A stretch of DNA of 64,000 nt from Patescibacteria group bacterium (GTDB lineage Bacteria > Patescibacteriota > Patescibacteriia > UBA10025 > JAHIVO01), in contig JAQULM010000001.1 of NCBI GenBank assembly GCA_028718605.1, positions 94,693 through 158,692 of the forward strand, written 5' to 3'. Of the stretch, positions 20,181 through 29,355 are shown piece by piece (position 1 is the stretch's first letter; the number at the start of each line of letters is the position of its first letter). The translations under genes and the position numbers were made by a program. The notes under the pieces were generated by a model. That model made no database searches. It saw only the letters and a program-made list of their open reading frames with translations, and was not told where the DNA came from.

Positions 20181-20747
20181 ATGACAACTAAGGATATCCT
20201 CAATTTTTTCTTCGAACTCGGGCAGCTGAAGAAAGTCGAACACGAAGGGTGGCGTTTAGCTGGCGTCGAACACCCTGAAAAAGTAACTGACCATTCGCTG
20301 CGCGTCGCTCATATCGCGTATGCGCTTGCCCACCTTGAGCAGTACCCAAATCCTGAGGAAGTGTGCACCATGGCTGTTTTCCACGATATCGCAGAATGCC
20401 GGACCGGCGATGTCCATAATGTCGCGAAACACTATGTCAAACGAGATGAGGCACGCGCAGTTCGTGCACAACTTAAAAACCTCGGCACACTCGGTAAAAA
20501 AATCTATTTGTTATGGAAACAGGTTGAGGACCGGAAGACAAAAGCTGGGATCATCGCCAAAGACGCTGATTACCTCGAACAGGCAGTCACTGCAAAAGAA
20601 TACCTTGAGCGTGGCATTGATCTGGCTACTGTATGGATCGAAAACGTTGAGCGGCGGCTTAAAACGAAATCCGCACGCACCCTCTTGGACGGCCTTCGTA
20701 CAACGCGATCCACAGACTGGTGTAAAAAGCAGATTATGGTCTCATAA
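20181..20747 (+). CDS. HD-domain phosphohydrolase (YfbR-like 5'-deoxynucleotidase family)
   Basis: HSLRVAHIAY...FHDIAECRTGD is the H...HD...D metal-binding pattern. The upstream -10 box is TATACT. Confidence 0.75.
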   Translation: MTTKDILNFFFELGQLKKVEHEGWRLAGVEHPEKVTDHSLRVAHIAYALAHLEQYPNPEEVCTMAVFHDIAECRTGDVHNVAKHYVKRDEARAVRAQLKNLGTLGKKIYLLWKQVEDRKTKAGIIAKDADYLEQAVTAKEYLERGIDLATVWIENVERRLKTKSARTLLDGLRTTRSTDWCKKQIMVS

Positions 20748-20774
20748 CGTTTATAAATCATCCTTACTTTCCCT

Positions 20775-21659
20775 ATGCAGCTGACGATCATCCCAACGTC
20801 AACGACCCACCACCTTGCTAAGAAGCTTGTGAACGCTCCCCATATCACAGTCATGGTTCCCGATACGAACAAGGACGGCACGTACTACTTCCCTGATGGC
20901 GAGCGGTATACGCGGCTTTCAAAAGTAAGTGAAATCAAAGACAGGGCGGTTATACTCCATGCAGGCCAGCCGCACCCGAATAAGGGTTTGGCGGAACTCG
21001 AGATGCTGGTTTCGATTCTCCACAATGCTGAAATTGACAATATCGAAATATTCTTTACCTATTTTCCGTATGGAATGCAAGACAAGGTGTTTGAACATGG
21101 CGAAACAAACGTCGCTGAAAATTTCCTCAAAAAACTGACATCCTATTATAAAGTCCGCCAGATTTACGCGATCGATGCCCATTTTCATGGCAGGCTGTGG
21201 GCGACAAACTATCCGTTCCACAATATTACCGCATTGCCGCTCTTGAAACAGGCAGCGTTAAAACTTTACCCGGATATGGTTTTCTCAACTCCCGACGCTG
21301 GCTCCCACCGGCGAACCGGCATCTCAGGGACAAAAAAGAAGCGGATTCATTCATACCATACAGAAATCCATTCCGACGAGCAGTTCGGTCAGATGGTACA
21401 AGGTAAGATGGTCGGCGTCATCGACGATCTGCTCGAAACAGGCGGCACCCTCGACCGGTTCTATGATACTGCCATAAAGTGCGGGGCACGTGATGTTGTT
21501 GCACTGATCACACACGGTGTTCTCGAAAGCGGCATCGACCGTATCACCCACAAATACAAACACCTGTTTTTGGCGAATACGATCGAACAAGAGCGAGCAA
21601 ACGTTGATGTCTCCCCGCTTATCATTAAAACATTAGGTTCGCAGCAAACACTCTTATGA
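20775..21659 (+). CDS. Ribose-phosphate pyrophosphokinase-like protein (Prs/PRTase family)
   Basis: An N-terminal YYFPDGERYTRL, FPYGMQDKV (compare PY-x-RQDR) and a PRPP-binding loop VGVIDDLLETGGTL. Confidence 0.7.
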   Translation: MQLTIIPTSTTHHLAKKLVNAPHITVMVPDTNKDGTYYFPDGERYTRLSKVSEIKDRAVILHAGQPHPNKGLAELEMLVSILHNAEIDNIEIFFTYFPYGMQDKVFEHGETNVAENFLKKLTSYYKVRQIYAIDAHFHGRLWATNYPFHNITALPLLKQAALKLYPDMVFSTPDAGSHRRTGISGTKKKRIHSYHTEIHSDEQFGQMVQGKMVGVIDDLLETGGTLDRFYDTAIKCGARDVVALITHGVLESGIDRITHKYKHLFLANTIEQERANVDVSPLIIKTLGSQQTLL

Positions 21660-22864
21660 TCACGGGCAAACTGATCATTCGCCTGTTCGATCCCGCCAAC
21701 ATGCAGCGCTGGAACGACCAGATCCGCCCAGTCGAGCTTCGGGAGTTGGACAAACAAGCGCATAAAATGGTTATTGCGTATGTTCTCGGAAGGCTCTCCG
21801 AGCGCGAACCGAATTTCTCCTGGCGTTCAATCATCGAAGGCGGTATTTTTGAATACCTGCAGCGCCTGGTGCTCACCGATTTGAAGCCCCAGCTCTTTTA
21901 CCGCATTAAACATAAACAAAAACGGTACGACAGGCTGAATGCATGGGTATACCGGCAACTCGCACCCGAGCTGAATCCACTCGGTAAAGAATTCACGAAG
22001 CGTTTTCATTCCCATTTTAACAAACGTAATGCGATTACCGACGTTAACCGGCAGGTTTTAAATACCGCACACCTTGTAGCAACACGCTGGGAATTTAATA
22101 TTATTAAACGTGCCAACCCCAACAGTGCTGAAATTGCTGATATCGGCCGCGAACTGAAAGCCCAGGAACAAGCAGCTGACGTCCGCCGCTTGCTGCGATT
22201 GCTTCAACCAGAAAAGAATTATGGTCGTTTCATCGACCTGTGCGGAACGCTTCGTTTCCAAGTGCGATGGAGCCATTTGCACCGCGAACCCCGCACGTCA
22301 GTACTCGGCCACATGCTTATCGTCGCTATGCTGTCACACCTTCTCTCGCTGGAAATAGGCGCATGCGAAAAACGCATGGTCAATAATTACTTTACGGGGT
22401 TATTCCATGATCTTCCAGAAGTCCTCACGAGGGATATTATCAATCCGGTCAAAATGTCTGTCCCTGGATTGCGGGATTTGATCCGCGATGAGGAACAAAA
22501 ACGCATGCAGGAAAAAGTTTATACGCTCGTCCCTGCGTGGAAGCGTGATCTGAAATTTTACACCGACAGGGAATTTGAAACCGTCGTAATGAACAACGGC
22601 AAACGAATGCGCACAACAACTGATAGAATCAACCGCTTGTATAATATGGATCAATACAATGCCCGCGACGGCGATCTAATCAAAGTTGCCGACAATCTTG
22701 CCGCATTTACCGAGGCTCACCTGGCCATCCAGAATGGGATTGCCAACCCAACATTCATTGCAGCGCGTTCTGCGCTGGTCCGCCAATACAAGCACATCCA
22801 ACTCGGCGGAATTCCTGTCGGTAAAATTTTCGAGGAACTCCAGACGACGACAATGGTGCCATAA
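21656..22864 (+). CDS. HD-domain protein (402 aa) with an N-terminal extension of unknown function
   Basis: LGHMLIVAMLSHLLS...FHDLPEVLTRDIINP. It overlaps the prs-like gene by 4 bp. Confidence 0.65.
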   Translation: MITGKLIIRLFDPANMQRWNDQIRPVELRELDKQAHKMVIAYVLGRLSEREPNFSWRSIIEGGIFEYLQRLVLTDLKPQLFYRIKHKQKRYDRLNAWVYRQLAPELNPLGKEFTKRFHSHFNKRNAITDVNRQVLNTAHLVATRWEFNIIKRANPNSAEIADIGRELKAQEQAADVRRLLRLLQPEKNYGRFIDLCGTLRFQVRWSHLHREPRTSVLGHMLIVAMLSHLLSLEIGACEKRMVNNYFTGLFHDLPEVLTRDIINPVKMSVPGLRDLIRDEEQKRMQEKVYTLVPAWKRDLKFYTDREFETVVMNNGKRMRTTTDRINRLYNMDQYNARDGDLIKVADNLAAFTEAHLAIQNGIANPTFIAARSALVRQYKHIQLGGIPVGKIFEELQTTTMVP

Positions 22865-22952
22865 GCGCCCAGCGAATACCTTGAGCGTATCGATGAATCG
22901 CGGGACTTTTTTTTAGCTCCATAAAATGGTATACTAGAAATCACACTGCCGT

Positions 22953-23630
22953 ATGCAACAGCAAGAAACAATTATTCAAGTTAATAAAATTTTCAAGACA
23001 TACCGTCTTGGAGAAGTGCACGTGCCTGCGCTGAAGAATGTTTCCCTTACTATCCACAAGGGTGATTTTTTGATAATTACCGGCAGAAATGGTTCGGGAA
23101 AATCGACGTTGCTCCGGCAGCTTGGGCTTCTCGATAAGCCAGATTCGGGCGAAATTCTCCTGAAAAACAAAGACGTAACGAAAATGCCTGAACGGGAACG
23201 GGCGTCTATACGCTTAAAACGTTTAGGATATATTTTCCAAGAATATGCGCTCATCGCCGAACTGTCAGCCGTCGAGAATGTCATGCTGCCTGCAATGATG
23301 CTTGAATCATCTGCGTCCTGCCGGAAACGTGCCATTGAAGTACTGAAAAAAGTCGGCCTGGAATATAAAATTAAAAACCTACCTCGCCAGCTCTCAGGTG
23401 GAGAACAGCAAAAAGTCGCAATCGCACGCGCCCTCATCAACCATCCGGAAGTGATCTTTGCCGATGAACCGACGGCAAACCTGGATTCAATCGCTGCGAA
23501 AGACGTACTGAAAGTTTTCAAAAGGCTCAATGAACACGATCAGTCGACAATTGTCATGATTACCCACGAGGAAGAAGAAACTGCATACGGCCACCGCATT
23601 ATTAAACTCGCTGACGGCTCACTTGTATGA
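22953..23630 (+). CDS. ABC transporter ATP-binding protein (FtsE/LolD/MacB-type)
   Basis: Walker [13 protein letters not shown] signature [15 protein letters not shown], Walker [12 protein letters not shown]. Confidence 0.9.
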   Translation: MQQQETIIQVNKIFKTYRLGEVHVPALKNVSLTIHKGDFLIITGRNGSGKSTLLRQLGLLDKPDSGEILLKNKDVTKMPERERASIRLKRLGYIFQEYALIAELSAVENVMLPAMMLESSASCRKRAIEVLKKVGLEYKIKNLPRQLSGGEQQKVAIARALINHPEVIFADEPTANLDSIAAKDVLKVFKRLNEHDQSTIVMITHEEEETAYGHRIIKLADGSLV

Positions 23631-24838
23631 AAGCTGAATACAAAATCCCTTTTATCTTGTCTTGGAAACACCTGCTGCGAAGCAATAAATGGACGCTGTC
23701 GCTCATCATTTTTTTCATGTCAATCGCTTTCATTAACATGATTTTTGTTCCGTCTCTCTTCAACGGCATTGTCGATGGGTTTAATAAACAGATCATCACT
23801 ACCACGACCGGCAATATTCTCATAACGCCACGCGATGGCAAAGACTTTATCAGCGACAGTTCCGAAACTATCAATCGTATTGAATCAACAGATGGAGTGA
23901 CTGCAGCAAGCGCGCAAATGCTCGTTCCGGGCACACTGAAATTCGACGGAAAGAAGGGCTCATGGTCCATCTATGCAATCAATCCTGACCAAGAAAAAAA
24001 AGTTACGACCGTATCTGAGAAAATCATCGATGGTGAGTACCTCGATCCTTCTGACGAAACCGGAATTTTATTGGGAAACGATATCACCAGTACTGAAACG
24101 ACAAACGAGGGGGATAATCCGTTTTCACTGAAAGGTGCCAGCGTCGGAGATACGGTTGCGGTTATTTTCGGCAACACTGAGTACGAATTTACGATCAGGG
24201 GAATTTTTAAAACTAAATTTAATACCGCAGACCAGCGTGGCTTTATTACCCAAGAAGCGCTTAAAAAAATGAATCCTGGATATGTCGACGAAGCAACGTC
24301 AATCTCGGTTACCATTAACCTTGAGGGTGATGAAGAAAACGTCATGCAGTCACTCAAAGACCGTGGCGTTCGTGAAAATATCTATAGTTGGCAGCAGGCT
24401 AGCTCACTGATGAGTTCTGTCAGTGATAGTTTTCTCAGCATAAATGTTATTCTATCGATTTTCGGCGTGCTTATTGCCGCCATTACTGTGTTCATAGTCA
24501 TTTACATTGACATCTCTTCGAGGCGGCAAGAAATCGGCATCCTCCGTGCCATCGGCATACGCCCGTACTTGATTCGGGCAATGTATATTATTCTCTCTGC
24601 GGTATATTCCGTAGCGGGCGTTTTACTTGGAACCGTCCTCTTTTTTGCAATCATCGTGCCCTATTTTAACGCGCATCCGTTTGTCCTCCCAATCGCAGAC
24701 GCGAAACTGCTCGTCAACCCTGGAGATTTTATTGCACGGCTTGAAACGCTGATATGGGTTGCAATCGCCGCCGGCCTCGTTCCGGCAGTAACAATAACCC
24801 GCACCAAGCTCCTCGATGCGATCTGGGGCAGTAAATAA
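23627..24838 (+). CDS. ABC transporter permease, FtsX-like fold
   Basis: An N-terminal TM, a large periplasmic domain and three C-terminal TMs. It is coupled to the ATPase by a 4-bp overlap. Confidence 0.85.
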   Translation: MKAEYKIPFILSWKHLLRSNKWTLSLIIFFMSIAFINMIFVPSLFNGIVDGFNKQIITTTTGNILITPRDGKDFISDSSETINRIESTDGVTAASAQMLVPGTLKFDGKKGSWSIYAINPDQEKKVTTVSEKIIDGEYLDPSDETGILLGNDITSTETTNEGDNPFSLKGASVGDTVAVIFGNTEYEFTIRGIFKTKFNTADQRGFITQEALKKMNPGYVDEATSISVTINLEGDEENVMQSLKDRGVRENIYSWQQASSLMSSVSDSFLSINVILSIFGVLIAAITVFIVIYIDISSRRQEIGILRAIGIRPYLIRAMYIILSAVYSVAGVLLGTVLFFAIIVPYFNAHPFVLPIADAKLLVNPGDFIARLETLIWVAIAAGLVPAVTITRTKLLDAIWGSK

Positions 24839-24848
24839 CATTCCCCGT

Positions 24849-25772
24849 ATGCCACATTCGCTGTGGGCAAACTTGCCACGGCCGGTCATCTGCCTGGCCC
24901 CCATGGATGGCTATACAGACAGCGCCTTTCGGCGTACCTGTAAAACGGTGAATCGGAACATTGTTGTGTTCACCGAATTCGTTTCGGCTGATGGCTTGCA
25001 CCACAAAGCAAAAAAATTGCAAGAAAAACTTCGATTCCATAATCAAGAACATCCGATCATCGCCCAGATTTTCGGAAAAAACGCCGAGTCATACATAACG
25101 GCGGCGAAATACTGTGAAACGCTTGGATTTGACGGAATCGACATTAACATGGGATGCCCATCGAAAAAGGTTGTAAAATCAGAACACGGCGTCGCTTTAA
25201 GGAAAAAACCAGACCTTGCATACCGGCTGATCGAAAGCATTTCGACGGCGACAAAACTGCCCATTTCCGTAAAAACACGCCTCGGATGGGATAGCGCAGA
25301 CGATCTTATCACATTTGGAAAAGGCGTAGAAAACGCAGGTGCCCAGCTTATCACGGTTCATGGAAGAACGTATAAGCAAGGGTTCTCCGACCATGCAGAT
25401 TTTAACCCACTCTACGCCCTGAAACGGGAACTAACGATTCCGGTCATCGGCAATGGGGATATTGCGGATATGAGCGATGGAATGAAAAAACTTGGCAACC
25501 TTGACGGTTTCATGATCGGACGTGCATCAATCGGCAATCCGTGGGTTTTTGCCAAATTGCATCCAGCGAACTTCAGTGATAAAATCGCCTTGATACTCAA
25601 ACATGCAGAACTTCTCTGGCAATTGAAAGGCGAAAAAGTTGCTATGCTTGAAATTCGCAAGCATCTCCTCGCATACGTGAAGGGTTTACCGAACGCCTCA
25701 GAATACAGAAGTAAACTTGTGCAAGTAACCTCCATTAATGAAATCCATGGTATACTCAAGGCGCTCGAATGA
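24849..25772 (+). CDS. dus: tRNA-dihydrouridine synthase
   Basis: ICLAPMDGYTDSAFRR...GIDINMGCP...VSVKTRLGW. The internal ATG at 24849 was chosen to avoid a 23-bp overlap. Confidence 0.85.
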   Translation: MPHSLWANLPRPVICLAPMDGYTDSAFRRTCKTVNRNIVVFTEFVSADGLHHKAKKLQEKLRFHNQEHPIIAQIFGKNAESYITAAKYCETLGFDGIDINMGCPSKKVVKSEHGVALRKKPDLAYRLIESISTATKLPISVKTRLGWDSADDLITFGKGVENAGAQLITVHGRTYKQGFSDHADFNPLYALKRELTIPVIGNGDIADMSDGMKKLGNLDGFMIGRASIGNPWVFAKLHPANFSDKIALILKHAELLWQLKGEKVAMLEIRKHLLAYVKGLPNASEYRSKLVQVTSINEIHGILKALE

Positions 25773-25793
25773 ATTACAATTCTATAAAACAAT

Positions 25794-26603
25794 ATGATCG
25801 GCCATCTGATTTATTCATACCAGCATCTTGACGACGCGCGGATTCAGCAGGAAATTTCGAGAAAATTGTACGCACCAGCGTTCGGCGGTGTCCATACCGT
25901 CCATGTTCACAACCAACATCCCAGCTTCCCCTGCCGGAAGTACCTCGAAGACGTTTTTATCGAACAAAAAAATCGCGGCCATTTTCAAGGCGCGTGTGAT
26001 GCCATCAACCGTGGTATTGCCTACTTTCAAACGAAGGGACCGAAGGCCATACACTACGTAATCGTAACAGCTGCTGATACATGGTGCATCAACGTACGAT
26101 TCTTGAAAAAGCTCCTCAACGAGATGGAACGAAATGCAAAAGTGATCGCCGCCTCATCCTGGAGCAAGACGCAGTACCCAGTCCCAATCCGTGGTTTTTC
26201 AACCGATTTTTTTATCATCGACATCCGCTGGATACGGCAAACACGAGTGTTCCCCTTGCATTTCAACCAATTCAAGCAGAAATTTAAGGACCTCTTCACC
26301 GTACTTTGGCAAATGCCAAACCTTGAAATGGCGTTCCAGTACCAATACAGCGCATACTTCATGAATACCTACCACGATAATGATATCTGGATCACTCGGG
26401 ATAAGCTCCTAGAAAGAATTACCGAACGCGAGCCGATCCACCGACCAAATGGTACGCGAATCAATGACTGGCCGACAATCGGGCTCTATACCAATCCAGA
26501 GCCAACAACAAAGCGCCGGGCATTGATTAATAACAAGCTCATGCTCGGTCCGCATGCGAAAAAGCTTATTCAAACGAACAAACCTAACTACTACAACCAT
26601 TAA
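25794..26603 (+). CDS. Hypothetical protein (269 aa)
   Basis: A long ORF with a coding-like composition. No recognised motifs. Confidence 0.5.
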   Translation: MIGHLIYSYQHLDDARIQQEISRKLYAPAFGGVHTVHVHNQHPSFPCRKYLEDVFIEQKNRGHFQGACDAINRGIAYFQTKGPKAIHYVIVTAADTWCINVRFLKKLLNEMERNAKVIAASSWSKTQYPVPIRGFSTDFFIIDIRWIRQTRVFPLHFNQFKQKFKDLFTVLWQMPNLEMAFQYQYSAYFMNTYHDNDIWITRDKLLERITEREPIHRPNGTRINDWPTIGLYTNPEPTTKRRALINNKLMLGPHAKKLIQTNKPNYYNH

Positions 26604-27038
26604 ATGGGCACATTTCTCATTTTTATCTGGATATATGCCGCAATGGTCGCTACAGCGTTCTGGGAAGCGTACGTGGAAGGCAGGAACGCCTGGGATCGCG
26701 GTAAACTTGGGTGGAAAATCAAGGTTGGTAACTATACATTCACTGCCTACCATTTTTTCCTGTTTGCTGTCATGTGGCCATTGCTGCTCACGCTCCCCTT
26801 TATCATGTTTGGCTGGGACAAACGGCTTTTCGGGATTGTTGTAAGCGCATTCGCGTCTGGTTCGGTGCTCGAAGACTTTCTGTGGTATGTCGTCAACCCA
26901 GCCGTTAAGCTGTCAGAATTGAATACGGATTTCGCGAACTACTACCCACGCGTGCGGATTGGTAATCTTCGGATTCCTGTGTTTTACTTTATTGGAATCG
27001 CGGTTTCGATACTGTCCTGGCTCCTCCTCTGGAGGTAG
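26604..27038 (+). CDS. Hypothetical membrane protein (144 aa)
   Basis: Three or four hydrophobic helices. It starts immediately at the previous stop. Confidence 0.5.
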   Translation: MGTFLIFIWIYAAMVATAFWEAYVEGRNAWDRGKLGWKIKVGNYTFTAYHFFLFAVMWPLLLTLPFIMFGWDKRLFGIVVSAFASGSVLEDFLWYVVNPAVKLSELNTDFANYYPRVRIGNLRIPVFYFIGIAVSILSWLLLWR

Positions 27039-27070
27039 CGCCAATCTCTGCGGCAACCGACAACAAGTGG

Positions 27071-27099
27071 TTGACAGATATATTGGGTTTCTATAAAAT
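27071..27099 (+). promoter_or_regulatory. Sigma70-type promoter of the tRNA operon (TTGACA, 17-nt spacer, TAAAAT)
   Basis: TTGACAgatatattgggtttctaTAAAAT lies about 95 nt upstream of tRNA-Met. Confidence 0.55.
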
Positions 27100-27106
27100 A
27101 CAAAAA

Positions 27107-27178
27107 AACTCGGGCTCTCACACACGCGGCCGGCCACACCGCAAAAACGGGATTGATTCCCGTGAGAGCCCGAAAAAA
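27107..27178 (+). other. tRNA-like leader hairpin between the promoter and tRNA-Met
   Basis: An 11-bp stem (cgggctctcac/gtgagagcccg) encloses a GCGG...CCGC arm and a T-arm-like CGGGAUUGAUUCCCG. It is followed by A6 on the plus strand and by T7 on the minus strand. Confidence 0.3.
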
Positions 27179-27190
27179 TTGCTCTGAAGA

Positions 27191-27265
27191 GGCAGGGTGG
27201 AGCAGTCTGGTTAGCTCGTCGGGCCCATAACCCGAAGGTCGCGGGTTCAAATCCCTCCCCTGCCC
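27191..27265 (+). tRNA. tRNA-Met (CAU) with mixed initiator and elongator features
   Basis: Cloverleaf with a 7-bp acceptor GGCAGGG/CCCTGCC, anticodon stem TCGGG/CCCGA with three G-C pairs next to the loop, loop CCCATAA (C33), A11-U24, but G1-C72 paired. Confidence 0.85.
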
Positions 27266-27306
27266 TTACTTTTGCCCACGAATCGTGGGCGTATCTTAAA
27301 GGGAAC

Positions 27307-27381
27307 GGGCGATATAGCTCAGTCTGGTAGAGCGCCTGTCTGTGGATCAGGTTGTCGGCAGTTTAAATCTGCTTATCGCCC
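27307..27381 (+). tRNA. tRNA-His (GUG) with an encoded G-1
   Basis: gGGCGATA...TATCGCC C. The extra 5' G pairs with the discriminator C73. Anticodon loop CTGTGGA. Confidence 0.85.
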
Positions 27382-27396
27382 CATTCTTTCAAAAAT

Positions 27397-27499
27397 GCCG
27401 CTGTAGTTCAGCTGGTAGAGCAGTGGACTGTGTCCCTACGGGACATCTCACGCAGGGAGAAAAATCCAAAGGACAGGGGTTCGATTCCCTCCAGCGGCA
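27397..27499 (+). tRNA. tRNA-Phe(GAA)-like gene with a 30-nt insertion (about 27431..27460) in the anticodon loop
   Basis: It has a 7-bp acceptor GCCGCTG/CAGCGGC, D arm GTTC-AGCTGGTA-GAGC, T loop TTCGATT and discriminator A. Deleting the 30 nt gives the loop CUGAAAA, as in E. coli tRNA-Phe. The insertion lies between anticodon nt 34 and 35. Confidence 0.6.
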
Positions 27500-27509
27500 T
27501 TGCATTCAC

Positions 27510-27535
27510 GGCCTCGCCCCCAGAGGCCTTTTTGC
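27510..27535 (+). terminator. Rho-independent terminator of the tRNA operon
   Basis: ggcctc-gccccca-gaggcc followed by TTTTTG. Confidence 0.7.
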
Positions 27536-28474
27536 TTATTCCAATCGTTCACGAAAATTGACGTAGTACCGCCTACACACATCTTTCCAGGTGAATGAAT
27601 GTGTCTGCGTACCGTATTTCTCAACCGTGTATACGCTTACAACGGACGCCAAGCGGCCAATAACCGGCAGTGGATATCCCCGGAGGAATCCTGCGATCAA
27701 ACCGGCACGGTACGCATCACCGGCGCCGGTCGGATCAGACGTGTTCTTGGGACGTGCGGCCTGAATACGGCATGCGCGTGTTGCTGTTGTAATCACCGAG
27801 CCCTTCTTGCCGTACGTCGTTATAACCACTTCAGTCGCCTTCAGGAGCTGCTGCATATTCCAATGCGTCTTTTTTTGGATTAATGACAGCTCGTAATCAT
27901 TTGAAACAAGCGCACGGGATCCTTGTATTCCCTGAATAATATCGGCTGCGCGCAATGACGTCAGTTGCTGGCCGGGATCGTAGATATACGGAACCGAGGC
28001 TTTCTTTAATTCACGCGGTAGTACGCGCATATCCCTGTTATTACCCGGCGAGACAATAGCCATCGACATGCCGTGAAGTGCTGCCCGGCTGATTTTCCTG
28101 CACTGCCGAACCATTGCCCCCGGGAAAAAACCCGTGATCTGGTTATCGTCCTGGTCGGTAATCACATATGCCGACGTCGTTGGGATATCCAAACAGCCCG
28201 TGCTGCAGTCCAGTCTCATCCCGTTTTTCCGGCACCAACGTTTGTATTCGCCAAAATCGCTTCCGTATGCCGAAGCAATAAACGGCGTTACACCGAGAAG
28301 CGCGAGATTATATGCGATATTGCCGGCAGTCCCCCCAAAACCCTGGCGGAACGTGCGTACGGTGAAACTGACGCTCAAGGAATGAATTTTATCGGGGAGT
28401 ATATGGTCCCGAAAACGACCGGGGAAATCCATGATCCGGTCATATGCCAGCGATCCAGAAACCAAAACCCTCAT
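27536..28474 (-). CDS. PfkB-family carbohydrate/nucleoside kinase
   Basis: The ribokinase-like fold has the C-terminal motif DPTGAGDA and an N-terminal GG (GGTAGN). Confidence 0.8.
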   Translation of the reverse strand: MRVLVSGSLAYDRIMDFPGRFRDHILPDKIHSLSVSFTVRTFRQGFGGTAGNIAYNLALLGVTPFIASAYGSDFGEYKRWCRKNGMRLDCSTGCLDIPTTSAYVITDQDDNQITGFFPGAMVRQCRKISRAALHGMSMAIVSPGNNRDMRVLPRELKKASVPYIYDPGQQLTSLRAADIIQGIQGSRALVSNDYELSLIQKKTHWNMQQLLKATEVVITTYGKKGSVITTATRACRIQAARPKNTSDPTGAGDAYRAGLIAGFLRGYPLPVIGRLASVVSVYTVEKYGTQTHSFTWKDVCRRYYVNFRERLE

Positions 28475-28486
28475 AGTTTTTCGAAA

Positions 28487-29350
28487 TTACCGGTAGGAAT
28501 CGAATGCCGGCTCAAGGTCTGCTACTTTGATTGGCTGCCTGACAAGCGGTTCTACCTTTATCTGTGGTATTTGCTCATCGTATGTCGGGCGTTTCGTCTG
28601 GTAGAGAATGCCGAGCGGCAGTTTACCGTCTGTACGCGTGGCAGCAAGGAGTGCTCCATTAAAATCCGCGGGATTGTAAGTGGCATCAAGCTTATAGGTA
28701 TGCTGCTTGTACCAATCAAATGTGTTGACCTTATTATACGTTGTACACACCTGTAAAATATTCACGAGCGAAAAACCCCGATGTTGTATTGCCTTTTTAA
28801 TGAGATCGGCTAGATGCGGGATATCCCCGGAAAAGCCCTGTGCGACAAACGTTGCGCCCGATACGAGCGCTGTCGCTACCGGATTAAATGGTTCATTGAT
28901 CGAGCCAGCGGGGGTGGTAACCGTCTTGGTGCCCTTCAATGACGTGGGCGATGTCTGTCCTTGCGTCAGGCTGTACATGCGGTTGTCATGCACGAGGTAC
29001 GTGATATCAGCATTGCCCCGGCACGCGTGCACAAAATGGTTCGTTCCCTCGCTGTACCCGTCACCATCGCCGGAATCAGCTAAAACCGTCAGCTCATGAT
29101 TCGCAAGCTTAACACCGATCGCAACAGGGAGCGACCTGCCGTGGATGCTATGGAACGAATACAGCTTGTAGCAGTTTGCGCCGTTGGACGAGCAACCAAT
29201 GCCGAATACCATGACTGCCTCATGCGGCTTGATACCGAGCTCAGCAAGCGCGCGCTTGGTTGCGGGATAAATTCCATAGTTGCCACAGCCCGGGCACCAT
29301 GTCGGTTTGTATGTACTGGTAAAATCTTTTTCAGTTGCCATAGGTTCCAA
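28487..29350 (-). CDS. 2-oxoacid:ferredoxin oxidoreductase, beta (TPP-binding) subunit
   Basis: WCPGCGNYGIY, then GDGDGYSEG, which resembles the TPP motif. Confidence 0.85.
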   Translation of the reverse strand: MEPMATEKDFTSTYKPTWCPGCGNYGIYPATKRALAELGIKPHEAVMVFGIGCSSNGANCYKLYSFHSIHGRSLPVAIGVKLANHELTVLADSGDGDGYSEGTNHFVHACRGNADITYLVHDNRMYSLTQGQTSPTSLKGTKTVTTPAGSINEPFNPVATALVSGATFVAQGFSGDIPHLADLIKKAIQHRGFSLVNILQVCTTYNKVNTFDWYKQHTYKLDATYNPADFNGALLAATRTDGKLPLGILYQTKRPTYDEQIPQIKVEPLVRQPIKVADLEPAFDSYR

Positions 29351-29355
29351 TTTGC

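Noticed and set aside
27397-27499. Reading the third tRNA as a second tRNA-His(GUG)
   Set aside because: It lacks the G-1 / C73 identity pair present on the adjacent genuine tRNA-His. It would also place U at position 37. The Phe(GAA) reading after removing the 30-nt insert gives a canonical loop.
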